A stretch of DNA of 64,000 nt, taken from positions 33,635 through 97,634 of the forward strand of contig CALJJQ010000031.1 in NCBI GenBank assembly GCA_937973965.1, written 5' to 3'. Under the pieces are notes generated by a model. That model did not search any database. It was not told the origin of the DNA and saw only the letters and a list, made by a program, of their open reading frames with translations. This stretch comes from an uncultured Calothrix sp. GTDB taxonomy: Bacteria > Cyanobacteriota > Cyanobacteriia > Cyanobacteriales > Nostocaceae. The position numbers and the translations under genes were made by a program. Positions 1-9,531 of this stretch are shown here, in pieces. Positions within the stretch are counted from its first letter, which is position 1. Every line of letters begins with the position of its first letter.

Positions 1-455
1 AAATCGGAGTTTCCTTCAAGGTAATTAAATCAGGTCCCTACAAAGATATTTTGGCTTTTGACCGGGAATTGACCCCCCCAGAACAAACTATTTTGCAAGA
101 ATTAATAGATACTAGTTATCAGCAATTTGTCCAAACCGTTGCTGAAGGTCGCTCCCTTCCAATAGAAACGGTGAAAAGTTTTGCCGATGGTCGGATTTTC
201 ACTGGACAACAGGCTTTAGAACTGGGTGTTGTCGATCGTTTGGGTACGGAAGAAGATGCACGACGCTGGGCTTGTGAATTGGTAGAATTAGACCCGGAAA
301 AAACTAAGTGTTTTACCTTTGAAGAACCAAAATCCCTCATTAGTCGGATTTTACCAGGGAACAATACCAATAAAAATATCATAGCAAGCGGAATTGATTG
401 GCTAGAATTTGAAGTCTCCACCAGTGGTTTACCCCTATGGCTATATCGTCCCTAG
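1..455 (+). CDS. sppA: signal peptide peptidase SppA (S49, 36K type), C-terminal part; 5' end lies outside the window
   Basis: The frame is open from base 3 (IGVSFKVIKSGPYKDILAFDRELTPPEQ...). DGRIFTGQQALELGVVDRLG is a typical SppA C-terminal signature. Stop at 453-455. Confidence 0.85.
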   Translation, partial: IGVSFKVIKSGPYKDILAFDRELTPPEQTILQELIDTSYQQFVQTVAEGRSLPIETVKSFADGRIFTGQQALELGVVDRLGTEEDARRWACELVELDPEKTKCFTFEEPKSLISRILPGNNTNKNIIASGIDWLEFEVSTSGLPLWLYRP

Positions 456-477
456 TTTTTGTATTATCCATTGGAGG

Positions 478-549
478 CGTTGCTGAATACAAATATGAAT
501 TGAAAATTTTACGTTGTGTTGTAGAGACGTAGCATGGCTACGTCTCTAC
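478..549 (+). repeat. dispersed repeat ending in hairpin GTAGAGACGTAGCATGGCTACGTCTCTAC
   Basis: 478-535 is about 95% identical to 59488-59543 (TTGCTGAATACAAATATGAATTGAAAATTT.ACGTTGTG..GTAGAGACGTAG). Perfect palindrome at 521-549. Confidence 0.9.
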
Positions 550-965
550 TTAGGATTGGCGAAAAAAGTCTTTTACTCTGGGGGAATAGTCCGTGACGGG
601 AGTAGGGAGTAAAAAGAAAATTCAGCCGTTACTTCAAGTTTACCGTTCACTTGTGAGAAATCTGGGTTTTAGTGGGAGGGAATAGTTCCAACCCAACTAT
701 TACACTTTTTTCTCCAACTCAAAAACAGTCATCCCTTAACCGCCAACAAAACCCAAGGAAAATATATCCACGTCCTAAGTAGACCTATGATTGATTTCTC
801 CTGTATCCTGTATTCTCTAATGCGATCGCAGTTCACTATCAACAAAACCAAATACATTAAAAGCAATATCAAAACATTAAAATCAGTTAATTTTAGAGTA
901 AAAATAGAATCAAAAGTGGTAAATAATTTATAATTAGGAGAATTTTTGTGGATGCAGAGTGGCGG

Positions 966-1367
966 ATGCGGGCAATTCGTGGGGCAACGACAGTATCGGA
1001 AAATACAGTTGATGCCATGCATGAAGCAGTAATGGAACTGTTAGATGAGTTGGAAAACCGCAATCAACTAAATCCCCATGATTTCGTCAGCGTGATGTTT
1101 TCGGTGACGAACGATTTAGATGCAATTTTCCCTGCGGCGATCGCTCGCAAACGACCTTTGTGGGATTCGGTTCCCATGTTAGATGTGCAACAAATGCATG
1201 TGCAAGGTAGTTTAAAACGATGTATTCGGTTTTTGATCCATGCCTATTTACCTGTGAATATGCAAATACATCACATTTATTTACGCAATGCGGCAAACCT
1301 CCGTCCCGACTGGAGCAGACCCCAATCTTTTCCAGCACCCTCTACAAGTTTGGAATCAAGGGTTTGA
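966..1367 (+). CDS. aroH: chorismate mutase, AroH class
   Basis: MRAIRGATTV start, plus LKRCIRFLIH and YLRNAANLRPD, match monofunctional AroH chorismate mutases. The ORF is open from GTG 948, but ATG 966 gives the canonical N-terminus. Confidence 0.85.
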   Translation: MRAIRGATTVSENTVDAMHEAVMELLDELENRNQLNPHDFVSVMFSVTNDLDAIFPAAIARKRPLWDSVPMLDVQQMHVQGSLKRCIRFLIHAYLPVNMQIHHIYLRNAANLRPDWSRPQSFPAPSTSLESRV

Positions 1368-2528
1368 AGGCTGCTTTAATCCTGTGGGTAACTGGTTAGG
1401 AACATTTTTCCCTTGAATCAACACACCAAATCCACCTAAACCCATCGGATCAATGAGTTGCTGGAGATAATCCCGTCGTTGAAGCACTTCCATTGTGGGA
1501 AGATTGGTGTGGGGTAATTGGACTAGGCGATCGCCTAATCCCAATGCCATTAAAAATAAGGCCTGTTGGGTAAAGCCTAATGTTTGCAATTGGTACTGTT
1601 CACCCCATTTTTCCAAAGCTGTAAAGTTGACGTGGCTGGTTATATCTTGATATCCCACGTTAATATAGGGGTTATTGTGACGTTGGTGGCGAAAATAGCA
1701 TTGTAATGTCCCTGTTGTTCGCCGTGGGTTATAATAACGGTGTCCAGGGTAGCCATAATCAATTGTGATCACATAACCCTGTTGTAAACATCTGCTTACT
1801 TTCCTTAACCAATCCCGTGCAGCAAGGTTGATTTCGCTGCGGTATCCATCCGGAAAATTACTAATATCAAAACCAAAAGATTGTAAATAATTAACTAACT
1901 CCGGGGTGGAAGGATGATCCATCACCTCCACAAACTCAAAACCCCCCTGCACCGCAGGATTTTCTCTGACGCTGACAAAAATTTCCTGAACTTCACCAGA
2001 AGCGATCGCAAATTGATGCACCGGTAAAGCATCCACTAACTCGTTGGAAAAAATACACCCTACCAAACTATTTTCCGGTATTTCCCCTAAATCACACCAA
2101 GTCACAGACCAACCCTGTAAAAGCCGTTGCTGCTCCCGTTGCAATTTTGGTGATTGTTCGATAATTGTATACTTTGTTGCTGCAAAACAGTCTTCATGTT
2201 TGGCTTGTAAATACTTCAGAATATCCAACGCCAATAAACCCTGTCCAGCTCCGATTTCCACTAGTGTAAAATTTGCGGGTCGTTGGAGAATTTCCCACAT
2301 CTCCAGTAATTGATTGGCAATCATTTCCCCAAAATCTGCCCCTAAATGCACCGAAGTAAAGAAATCTCCCTCTTTCCCCAGATTTCCTGCTCGGCTTGAA
2401 TAGTAACCCAATTCGGAGTGATATAGCGCCATCCCCATAAATTCCGCAAAGGTAATCCGTTGTCGAGGATTTTGTCGAATCTGCTGCTTGATTAAGTTAG
2501 CTAAAGTAAATTGGGTATCATTACTCAT
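1356..2528 (-). CDS. class I SAM-dependent methyltransferase, DUF185 / NDUFAF7(MidA)-like
   Basis: 390 aa. Contains ITFAEFMGMALYHSELGYY and LVEIGAGQGLLALDIL (SAM-binding GxGxG). The 3' end overlaps the aroH 3' end by 12 nt (convergent). Confidence 0.8.
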   Translation of the reverse strand: MSNDTQFTLANLIKQQIRQNPRQRITFAEFMGMALYHSELGYYSSRAGNLGKEGDFFTSVHLGADFGEMIANQLLEMWEILQRPANFTLVEIGAGQGLLALDILKYLQAKHEDCFAATKYTIIEQSPKLQREQQRLLQGWSVTWCDLGEIPENSLVGCIFSNELVDALPVHQFAIASGEVQEIFVSVRENPAVQGGFEFVEVMDHPSTPELVNYLQSFGFDISNFPDGYRSEINLAARDWLRKVSRCLQQGYVITIDYGYPGHRYYNPRRTTGTLQCYFRHQRHNNPYINVGYQDITSHVNFTALEKWGEQYQLQTLGFTQQALFLMALGLGDRLVQLPHTNLPTMEVLQRRDYLQQLIDPMGLGGFGVLIQGKNVPNQLPTGLKQPSNP

Positions 2529-2775
2529 AAATTTTGGATTACTCTGCGTTGACTAGCATTCTTCGTCAGGAGTATACTCCGCTTTGAGTCCCAGATGTGC
2601 TTTCATCGTAAATTCCTCGAATTTTATTGATAAAAGTTTCTAATTAACTCCAAAATGTGCTTTAATAAAAACTTAAGATTTTTGACAAAATGGATATAAA
2701 TAGATTATTGCGCTTATTGTGGAAAGTAATAATCAAAATATAGGGCGTTAATATCGAATCCTAACGGAGTTTTGG

Positions 2776-3072
2776 ATGAGTGTATTTACGAATTTTCTGC
2801 GCTCGTTAGTTTTGACAGTTGTTTTCTGTACCCTAGCGCCGTTATTATTTTTTGGGCTGGTGCTGGGTGTGGCAACTTTAATCGGCTATCTACCGGGATT
2901 GGCTAACTTGAGTGTGGCGATCGCAGATGGGATTATGGCGTTTTTGACCACCTTTGGAAGTGGTACACCTATATGGGGTATAGGTATTATTTGTCTGACC
3001 TGTAGCTTTGTGGGTGTGTTGTTTGATATTTATGTTCACTATAGGTACTTAATACTGCATACCGATAGTTAA
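2776..3072 (+). CDS. small hypothetical membrane protein
   Basis: 98 aa with three hydrophobic helices. GGAG lies just upstream of the ATG. No family recognised. Confidence 0.5.
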   Translation: MSVFTNFLRSLVLTVVFCTLAPLLFFGLVLGVATLIGYLPGLANLSVAIADGIMAFLTTFGSGTPIWGIGIICLTCSFVGVLFDIYVHYRYLILHTDS

Positions 3073-3077
3073 TCCCC

Positions 3078-3926
3078 ATGCAAAATTCTTCCCTACCACC
3101 ATCGATGGACATCAAGCTATTGGTTGTCGATATAGATGGAACTATTGCTGGTCATAGCAATACTGTGAGCGAAGCAGTCCAAACTGCAATCAAGCAAGTT
3201 CAAGCTCAAGGGATTCAAGTTGCTGTAGCGACGGGGAGAATGTATCGTTCAGCCATTCGTTTCCACCAACAAATTGCTTCCCAGCTACCGATTATTGCCT
3301 ATCAGGGAGCGTGGATACAAGACCCAATTAGTCAGCACAGACATCGCCATTTAACTGTGGAAAGACAAATGGTAGAGGAAATCCTGGACTATCTGGAACA
3401 ACCGGATTTATTGTCCCTACTGTCGGTGCATTTTTACATTAACGATGAACTTTACGTGCGGCAAATTACCAAAGATACAGAAATGTACGCCGAACGTTCG
3501 GGAATTAAACCCATAGCAGTTGGGGATTTGCGTCAAGTGATGGAAATCGAACCGACGAAAATTCTCGCTTTGACACCCGACCCGAAAATCACAGATTACC
3601 TCCTCAAATCATTGCGCGATCGCTATCATCCCAGTCAACTTTATTTAACCAAATCCGTTTCCACCTTTTTTGAAGCTGCTCATCCCCAGGTGAATAAGAG
3701 GGGAGCAGTACGTTATTTAGCTGAGGAAATTTTGCAACTGCGACCAGAAAATGTCATGGCTATTGGCGATAATTTTAATGATGTGGAAATGATTGAATAT
3801 GCGGGTATTGGAGTGGCAATGGGGGATGCACCACCGGAAGTCCAACAAAGAGCAGATTGGGTTGCACCTAGCGTTGAAGAAGATGGAGTTGCGATCGCCA
3901 TTGAAAAGTTTTTATTGTTGAGCTAA
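3078..3926 (+). CDS. Cof-type HAD-IIB family hydrolase
   Basis: LLVVDIDGTIAG (HAD motif I), VATGRMY, and GDNFNDVEMIEYAGIGVAMGDAP (motif IV). Confidence 0.85.
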   Translation: MQNSSLPPSMDIKLLVVDIDGTIAGHSNTVSEAVQTAIKQVQAQGIQVAVATGRMYRSAIRFHQQIASQLPIIAYQGAWIQDPISQHRHRHLTVERQMVEEILDYLEQPDLLSLLSVHFYINDELYVRQITKDTEMYAERSGIKPIAVGDLRQVMEIEPTKILALTPDPKITDYLLKSLRDRYHPSQLYLTKSVSTFFEAAHPQVNKRGAVRYLAEEILQLRPENVMAIGDNFNDVEMIEYAGIGVAMGDAPPEVQQRADWVAPSVEEDGVAIAIEKFLLLS

Positions 3927-3975
3927 TTGCAGTGTATCATTAATTACTCTCATCACCAAGAGGCGCACGGAGCGA

Positions 3976-4090
3976 AAAACCTGCATCTGCAATTTTTAGG
4001 AGTCAATAAAAAGTAGAATTTTTGGCTTAAAACTATTCCCTGTACAGACGCGACATGTCGTGTCTCTCCCTACTCCCTAATTAATTTAGG
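3976..4090 (+). repeat. mosaic repeat family C, with hairpin 4042-4066
   Basis: Shares CCTGCAT.TG.AATTTTT, AAAAGT.GAATTTT, TTAAAACTATTCCCTGTACAGACGCGACATGTCG.GTCT and CCCTAATT with 9532-9666, 13577-13652 (inverted) and 52675-52823. Confidence 0.8.
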
Positions 4091-4179
4091 TTGCTGATAA
4101 TACTTGATCGCCCATAAAACCTCTTCTGTTCATTCGCGCGATCGCCATACTTACAATTCCAATACTATAAAAATCAGAA

Positions 4180-4260
4180 AGAGTACCGACGACTGGCCGT
4201 GTTTCGTCTCGGTACTCTCACTGGTTCGCTCCTCACACACATCCGATAGTGTATATCCAC
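4180..4260 (+). ncRNA. candidate Yfr1-like sRNA (weak)
   Basis: A 13-bp bulged hairpin (4180-4193/4206-4218) is followed by single-stranded CTCCTCACAC (4229-4238), which is 10/11 of the Yfr1 core ACUCCUCACAC. I found no convincing 3' terminator. Confidence 0.3.
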
Positions 4261-4337
4261 TAATTAAATACGTCAATAGATTTAATATTTATTCACAATC
4301 AGAGGGAGGAGGTACTCAAAACTGGAAGGTCTCCCAA

Positions 4338-5636
4338 TCAGTTGTGAAGGGATTTTTTGTGAAGGGATTTGAGGTAGTAAATATTTCCGGTTAATGCCCC
4401 TATTATAGTCCAAAAAAGCACATTTAAACGAAAATCGAAGAGGGTGACATCAAAGGTATTAAACAGGAGGAAACCGAGAAATCCAAGGATGTAGGTAAAG
4501 AGAATCATATCGTCTTCCGGAAACAGATTTTTGCTTATTCGTAGAGCTGGGATACTACTAATCACAATTCCCATAAGTAGGGTAATAAACAGTAAAGTGG
4601 CTGGAATTCCCACTTCACCAGCCAACATCAGGTATAAATTGTGGGGATGTCCCAGCCAAACACCAGTATTCTTTTCATACAATGGTGTAAAATTACGCAA
4701 TCCCCACCCAGTCAACGGGCGATCGCGCATCATTCCCCAGACAAAATCCCATTGGGTTTTACGCATAGTCACCACAGGGCGATCGCGAAATTGTTGGTCG
4801 TTTAATCTTGACCAAAAAAACTCCGGAACAAAGCGTCGGAAAAAATTGGCAATGGATAGGGGTGCATAGGCTGCTAATAGCATACTTGTACCAATACCAA
4901 GGGTGACGCTTACTATTATTCGCCAACCCTGGTATAGTGCGTAGGCGATACAGGTGAGAATTGCAATTAGCCAAGCATTGCGGGAATTACTGAGAATCAA
5001 AGACGCAAAATTAATAATAACTATCAGAGTGAGGAGGATAAAATTTAAATGAGGTTGGATCGAGCGACGACGGATTTTGTGATACAGTTCAATCCATAAT
5101 CCCAATCCGAAAATAAATACAGTTACGGTATAACCAGCAAAAATATTCGCATAGATAAATAGAGATGACATCCGACCAGTAGGATTCCCACCAGCTATAA
5201 TTGACCAGCCAAAAATTTGTTCCCAAATCGGTGGTGTTTGCAGTTGCAAAAAGAGTTGCAAAAAGCCGAGTAGACAAACTGGTAGGGATATATAAACCAG
5301 AATTTGTGCAATTCGACGTAATTGAGTTGGTGTTTGTACGATGATACTGGTCGCTGCAAACAACCAGAAAAATGGAATCAGATTAAACAGACCGAAAACA
5401 GCATCCTGTTTTTGCCACGCAAACATGGTACTAACAATCAGGAAAATACTGAAAACAGCAAATCCCCAATTCAAGGGACGATGGATGAGGATAGGATATT
5501 TGCGTAACCATGCTAATAGCGCAGCGAAACCCAGGATGATTGCACCAACAGTTGGATAAAAAGGGAGGATGAGAATTCCCCATTGAAGCAAATTTGCAGG
5601 TAATTGGAGGGATGGGTCTGGGTGGGAGATGGTCAT
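4338..5636 (-). CDS. O-antigen ligase (Wzy_C) domain membrane protein
   Basis: 432 aa, polytopic. SNSRNAW and GWGLRNF...GHPHNLYLMLAGEVGIP are typical of the O-antigen ligase / IctB-like family. Confidence 0.75.
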   Translation of the reverse strand: MTISHPDPSLQLPANLLQWGILILPFYPTVGAIILGFAALLAWLRKYPILIHRPLNWGFAVFSIFLIVSTMFAWQKQDAVFGLFNLIPFFWLFAATSIIVQTPTQLRRIAQILVYISLPVCLLGFLQLFLQLQTPPIWEQIFGWSIIAGGNPTGRMSSLFIYANIFAGYTVTVFIFGLGLWIELYHKIRRRSIQPHLNFILLTLIVIINFASLILSNSRNAWLIAILTCIAYALYQGWRIIVSVTLGIGTSMLLAAYAPLSIANFFRRFVPEFFWSRLNDQQFRDRPVVTMRKTQWDFVWGMMRDRPLTGWGLRNFTPLYEKNTGVWLGHPHNLYLMLAGEVGIPATLLFITLLMGIVISSIPALRISKNLFPEDDMILFTYILGFLGFLLFNTFDVTLFDFRLNVLFWTIIGALTGNIYYLKSLHKKSLHN

Positions 5637-5899
5637 AACGGGAGAATAAGGGAGATAGGATCAGGATACAGTAAATAGGGTCTGTGGATTTTTTGGCTGA
5701 AGTTGGTTTAATCGTGCGATCGCCCACTCGTAATATAGGGTGAGTCGGAAGTGGGGAGTAGTACATGAAGGCTACTTAGGAGCAAGTTTGATGGATTCGC
5801 TCCACATGGGGGTAAAAATATATCCTCACAACTTCCTCACAATTGTTGTTGTATTTTGGAAGGTATAGAAAACCAATTCGAGGACAGTAAGGAGGATGT

Positions 5900-6229
5900 A
5901 TGCAAACTCCCCTGCAAGTGACTTTTCGCAACGTGCAGTCATCAGCAACTGTTGAATCAAAAATTCGTGAATATGTGGAAAAACTCAACAAATTATACAA
6001 TCGAATCACAAGTTGTCGAGTCGTTGTGGATTTACCCCACCGCAATCAAAATAAAGGCAAACTCTACCATGTTCAAATTGATTTAACAGTTCCCCAGGGT
6101 GAGCTTGTAATTAATCGGAATCCATCGCAAAACCAAAGTCATACAAATCTATATGTAGCACTCCATGATGCGTTTGATATTGCTAAACGACAATTAATCA
6201 GCCATCTGGATATGCAGAGAAAAGTGTGA
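5900..6229 (+). CDS. hpf: HPF/RaiA family ribosome-associated (hibernation) protein, short form
   Basis: 109 aa. MQTPLQVTFRNVQSSATVESKIREYVEKL...YHVQIDLTVP...LYVALHDAFDIAKRQL fits the S30EA/sigma54-modulation fold pattern. AGGAGGA RBS upstream. Confidence 0.75.
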   Translation: MQTPLQVTFRNVQSSATVESKIREYVEKLNKLYNRITSCRVVVDLPHRNQNKGKLYHVQIDLTVPQGELVINRNPSQNQSHTNLYVALHDAFDIAKRQLISHLDMQRKV

Positions 6230-6426
6230 ATTCAGAATCAAATTTCCAGGGATTGGATTTAAGAGTGGTAAAATCGCTAGTTTTTGTTTTTGATTTCACT
6301 TGTTTGTGTTCGCAGTGGAGGATAACATCTTTGAGGATAGATAAATATCTCCAAAAAGTAGATTGCTGGTAATTGTGACAACAAGAAAGCAACTTAATTT
6401 TTAATGGCGGAATTTCATTCAAATTG

Positions 6427-6462
6427 ATAACTATCGTTCCTGAGTGCGGTAGTTATTTTTTT
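6427..6462 (+). terminator. intrinsic terminator-like hairpin about 200 nt downstream of hpf
   Basis: ATAACTATCG (6427-6436) pairs with CGGTAGTTAT (6447-6456): 10 bp including one G-U. A T run follows at 6457-6462. Confidence 0.5.
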
Positions 6463-6653
6463 CTCCGGGAGTAGCCATCTCAATGAAATTTATGACTGAC
6501 TCACCTGTTGACGTAAATTCCTGATTGCGGCTCCAGTACCTTGTGCTGATGCAATTTGCAGAACATTATTAATCATTTGACGGACATCGATATTCGGAAA
6601 ATAGCGACTAAAGGATTGTTATTGATAAGTATCTTCCAATAAACTATAGATGC

Positions 6654-7116
6654 TTAAACCACTTTTTTGAATAACCAAACTTCTGGAACTTTATAAGGTA
6701 AAAAATCCTCCGCAGCAGCATAGGAAGTCACATCAATTTCGATTACTAAATCGGGTGGTGGATCAATTGGCCAATTAATTCGGTCTTTCCCGACCGCAGT
6801 TTGCCAGTTATCGATATAAAAACAGTAATCTGGTTCAATTCCCCCTGCTTCCGGAATCTCCATTGTAATGGGGGTGAAAGCTTCATAGTTACGGGATTCG
6901 CTATCTAAAAGGGTTTCGACACAAGTAAATGGGCTTCACGGCCATGTCTGAGTAAGGGACTCATCAGTAAAATTTCACCATTGCGATACTTAATCCTGGG
7001 AATAGAACCATCACCACGGCTATCCTGTAGCGTACAATAATCTTGCCAGGTTCCGGGCATTCTGACTACGGTTCCGGGGGGAGTTGAATTTGTTGACGGG
7101 AGATGACAGCGTACAT
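6654..7116 (-). pseudogene. Uma2 (DUF820) family endonuclease, frameshifted
   Basis: From ATG 7116 it reads MYAVISRQQIQLPPGTVVRMPGTWQDYCTLQDSRGDGSIPRIKYRNGEILLMSPLLRHGREAH, then hits a stop. The downstream frame (6654-6863) continues with ...GGIEPDYCFYIDNWQ...PPDLVIEIDVTS, typical of Uma2. An intact paralog lies at 35576-36289. Confidence 0.75.
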
Positions 7117-7364
7117 AAGTTGGTAGGTGGGGAAAATTTTTGTTGTTGAGGGGTCTGTAATAATCAGGATATCTTTAATTTTTGATTTTTGCGATCGCCT
7201 ATTTTGTCGCCATCCAATTTGAATATTAAAATGGCTTGCTGAGATAGAGAATAGCCAACATCTAGTGTTTGTGTTTTTCCTATTGCCTATTCCCCGCTTC
7301 CTATTCCCTATTTTCTAACTAGCAAACATGCTCTAAAATCGAAGATTGTTTTTCAGTCAAAAAT

Positions 7365-7805
7365 ATGACCGAAGATTTAACCCAAAAATGGTTAGGTGAA
7401 ATCCAAACCCTACAGGAGCAACTTGCGCAGGTACAGCAAGAACGCGATTGCGCTTGGGAAAGTGCCGAAAAGTGGCGTAAACTCTATAATACGGAGTGCG
7501 AACAGCGACGCAGTGATATTCAAATGGCACAGCAAAGCATTGAGAAGCTGAAGCGTGAAGTTAAGGAGTTAAAAGGCATCCAAGATGGTTTGCTTCCCGA
7601 TGCCGATACTAATTTAAGTATGAATACGGAAATAGAAAAGTTAAATTCCATTGAGGCGGTCAAAAAAAAATTACTAGCAGTGATGAAGGAATGCGATCGC
7701 TTGCAACATGCACTCAAACATGAACAAGAAAGTCACGCTCAAACTCGTCAAAGTTTAACAACGGCTTTAGGTGATGCAATTGATAGCCTAAAACGGAAAG
7801 TGTAA
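7365..7805 (+). CDS. hypothetical coiled-coil protein
   Basis: 146 aa with heptad-rich, charged sequence (LQEQLAQVQQERDCAWESAEKWRKLYNTE...). Contains an A9 run at 7662-7670. Confidence 0.6.
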   Translation: MTEDLTQKWLGEIQTLQEQLAQVQQERDCAWESAEKWRKLYNTECEQRRSDIQMAQQSIEKLKREVKELKGIQDGLLPDADTNLSMNTEIEKLNSIEAVKKKLLAVMKECDRLQHALKHEQESHAQTRQSLTTALGDAIDSLKRKV

Positions 7806-7923
7806 AAGAGGAGACAGAATACAGGATACAGGAGGTGATGGGGAGAAAATAATCACCAGATTGGATCAAGTATGTAATACCAATTTGCACAAAAATAATG
7901 CCACGGATGAATTTTGTTCGTAG

Positions 7924-7988
7924 GTAGAGACGCGACATATCGCGTCTCTAATTGTTACCAATATATCGCGTCTCTAATTGTTACCAAT
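7924..7988. repeat. hairpin repeat plus a 26-bp tandem duplication of its right arm and flank
   Basis: GTAGAGACGCGACATATCGCGTCTCTA at 7924-7950. ATATCGCGTCTCTAATTGTTACCAAT occurs twice in tandem (7937-7962, 7963-7988). Confidence 0.9.
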
Positions 7989-8054
7989 TAACAACGGGAA
8001 GGTAAATTTTTCTTTAAATTGGAGAGATGAGCAACTGCATAAGTTAGAGTTTGT

Positions 8055-8351
8055 GTGGTTTATAAAGCTTTTGTATATACTCCGAACACTCCTATGCGAT
8101 CCATTCCTCTGTATCCCAATTCCCCGTCCCCATCTCCTGCACAAATCCGCACGGAAATAGGTACATCTAACTATCCTATAGGTGTAAACTGGTTTTTGAC
8201 TTTACCATTTTTGATTACAGGTTTACCCCTGGCTGTCACCTTAACAATTGCGATCGCATCAAAATTGCATCACCATATTCACACAAATGCGATCGCTCGT
8301 CAACGTGCCTATTTAGAAAGAATTTGGCAAATCAATTCCTATCGACTATAA
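8055..8351 (+). CDS. possible small membrane protein (ATG 8094 is the more likely start)
   Basis: There is one hydrophobic helix (FLTLPFLITGLPLAVTLTIAIA). I see no RBS and recognise no family, so this is a weak call. Confidence 0.3.
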   Translation: MVYKAFVYTPNTPMRSIPLYPNSPSPSPAQIRTEIGTSNYPIGVNWFLTLPFLITGLPLAVTLTIAIASKLHHHIHTNAIARQRAYLERIWQINSYRL

Positions 8352-8466
8352 CTTTACTCTAGACTCTGGTTTTTGGTAATTTCACGAAAATTCAAGTAGG
8401 ATTCTCTCCCCCTGCTCCTCTAGAAAAAGAATACAATGGAGAAGATGTTTCCTGGGAGTTTACCGC

Positions 8467-9045
8467 GTGGGCTTATTTGACGATTTTAGTCGGTTTTTAG
8501 AAAACCGCTTAGAGGAATTTCTGCGTAATAACCCGCATCTCGAATTAGAAGCGATTCTCGAACAGTTACGTCAACAAGAAGAAGACACCCTCAAACTGAT
8601 TGCCGAACTCAAATTACAGGAAAAACGCTGTCAAGATGATGTACTTGCTACCGCTCAAGAAATCCAAAAATGGCATGTACGGGTCGAAAAAGCTCAAGCA
8701 TCGGGAAGACAGGATTTAGCCAATGCTGCTCAAGAACGGGAAGCATCTCTCCTACGTCAAGGTAATCAACAATGGGGACAGATGCAAGGTGTCAAGGAAC
8801 GGATTATCAAAGCTCAAGAATTGTTACAAAAAATTCAAGTGCGTCGTCAAGAAGTTCAAGCTAAAGCCGCAGAAGCACAACGTACACGCGCTCAAACCCA
8901 ACAGAAACAACAACGAATTGAAAGTCAAGGTTGGTGGAGTCCAACCACCAGCTTTAATAGTGGTATTGATGAGTTAGAAGAACAGTTTCGACGCTTGGAA
9001 ACTGATGATGAGTTAGAACAATTAAAACGCAAAATGGGTAAATAG
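8467..9045 (+). CDS. conserved cyanobacterial coiled-coil protein (PspA/IM30-like appearance)
   Basis: 192 aa, GTG start. MGLFDDFSRFLENRLEEFLRNNPHLELEAI... is followed by a long Q/E/K/R-rich helix. Confidence 0.65.
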   Translation: MGLFDDFSRFLENRLEEFLRNNPHLELEAILEQLRQQEEDTLKLIAELKLQEKRCQDDVLATAQEIQKWHVRVEKAQASGRQDLANAAQEREASLLRQGNQQWGQMQGVKERIIKAQELLQKIQVRRQEVQAKAAEAQRTRAQTQQKQQRIESQGWWSPTTSFNSGIDELEEQFRRLETDDELEQLKRKMGK

Positions 9046-9343
9046 TGTCATTTGTAATAGCCTACGGCAAGCAGCTACGTGTCTACGTAATAGGCTGCGG
9101 TGATGCAAGTATTTTTCCCTATTCTTGCCTTTTTTCTTGCACTTGGATATATTTCTCTGGTTTGATATCCTTGCACAGACTCCTTGTTCTCTTTTTTCCG
9201 CAAGCCCTAATTACCTGTGGAAATCGCATTTGATATTCCTAAACTCCAAGGTCAGGGGAATTGCGATCGCTTCTTCAGCAAATCAGTTCCCTGTATAGTT
9301 AGGTAGGAAACAGCTAGGTATATAGCTTGAGCCTGGGGTGGGT

Positions 9344-9374
9344 AATCCAAAATCTCAAATCCAAAATCTCAAAT
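9344..9374. repeat. 14-bp tandem repeat (CCAAAATCTCAAAT x2)
   Basis: AATCCAAAATCTCAAATCCAAAATCTCAAAT. Confidence 0.85.
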
Positions 9375-9424
9375 GGTATTAAGTCCTCACAAACAAGCGT
9401 AATTAGGGCTGACTGAAAAATAGT

Positions 9425-9488
9425 AAAGACGCGATATATCGCGTCTCTATTCTCTATAATATCGCTTCTCGATATATCGCGTCTCTAT
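9425..9488. repeat. hairpin repeat plus a second copy of its right arm 38 bp downstream
   Basis: AAAGACGCGATATATCGCGTCTCT at 9425-9448. GATATATCGCGTCTCTAT occurs at 9433-9450 and again at 9471-9488. Confidence 0.85.
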
Positions 9489-9531
9489 ATCACAAGAATT
9501 TAGAGGGGATTTTAGTAGCAAAAAGTGCTTT

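Noticed and set aside
119-421. Antisense shadow ORFs inside well-supported genes: 119-421, 2044-2313, 10023-10618, 13670-14629, 20554-21578, 26229-26507, 28205-28979, 39350-39562, 43725-44041, 54023-54680, 58275-58756, 60218-60565, 63427-63664 and others
   Set aside because: Each lies wholly within a longer ORF on the other strand or frame that carries strong family motifs. None shows motifs of its own.
4104-4394. 96-aa + strand ORF
   Set aside because: It spans a repeat-derived spacer and runs antisense into the 3' end of the O-antigen-ligase-like gene. It starts with TTG and resembles no family I know.
6465-6600. Minus-strand fragment ...RYFPNIDVRQMINNVLQIASAQGTGAAIRNLRQQVSQS*
   Set aside because: There is an in-frame stop upstream and only a 28-aa Met-initiated ORF. 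No family recognised. It may be a gene remnant next to the Uma2 pseudogene.
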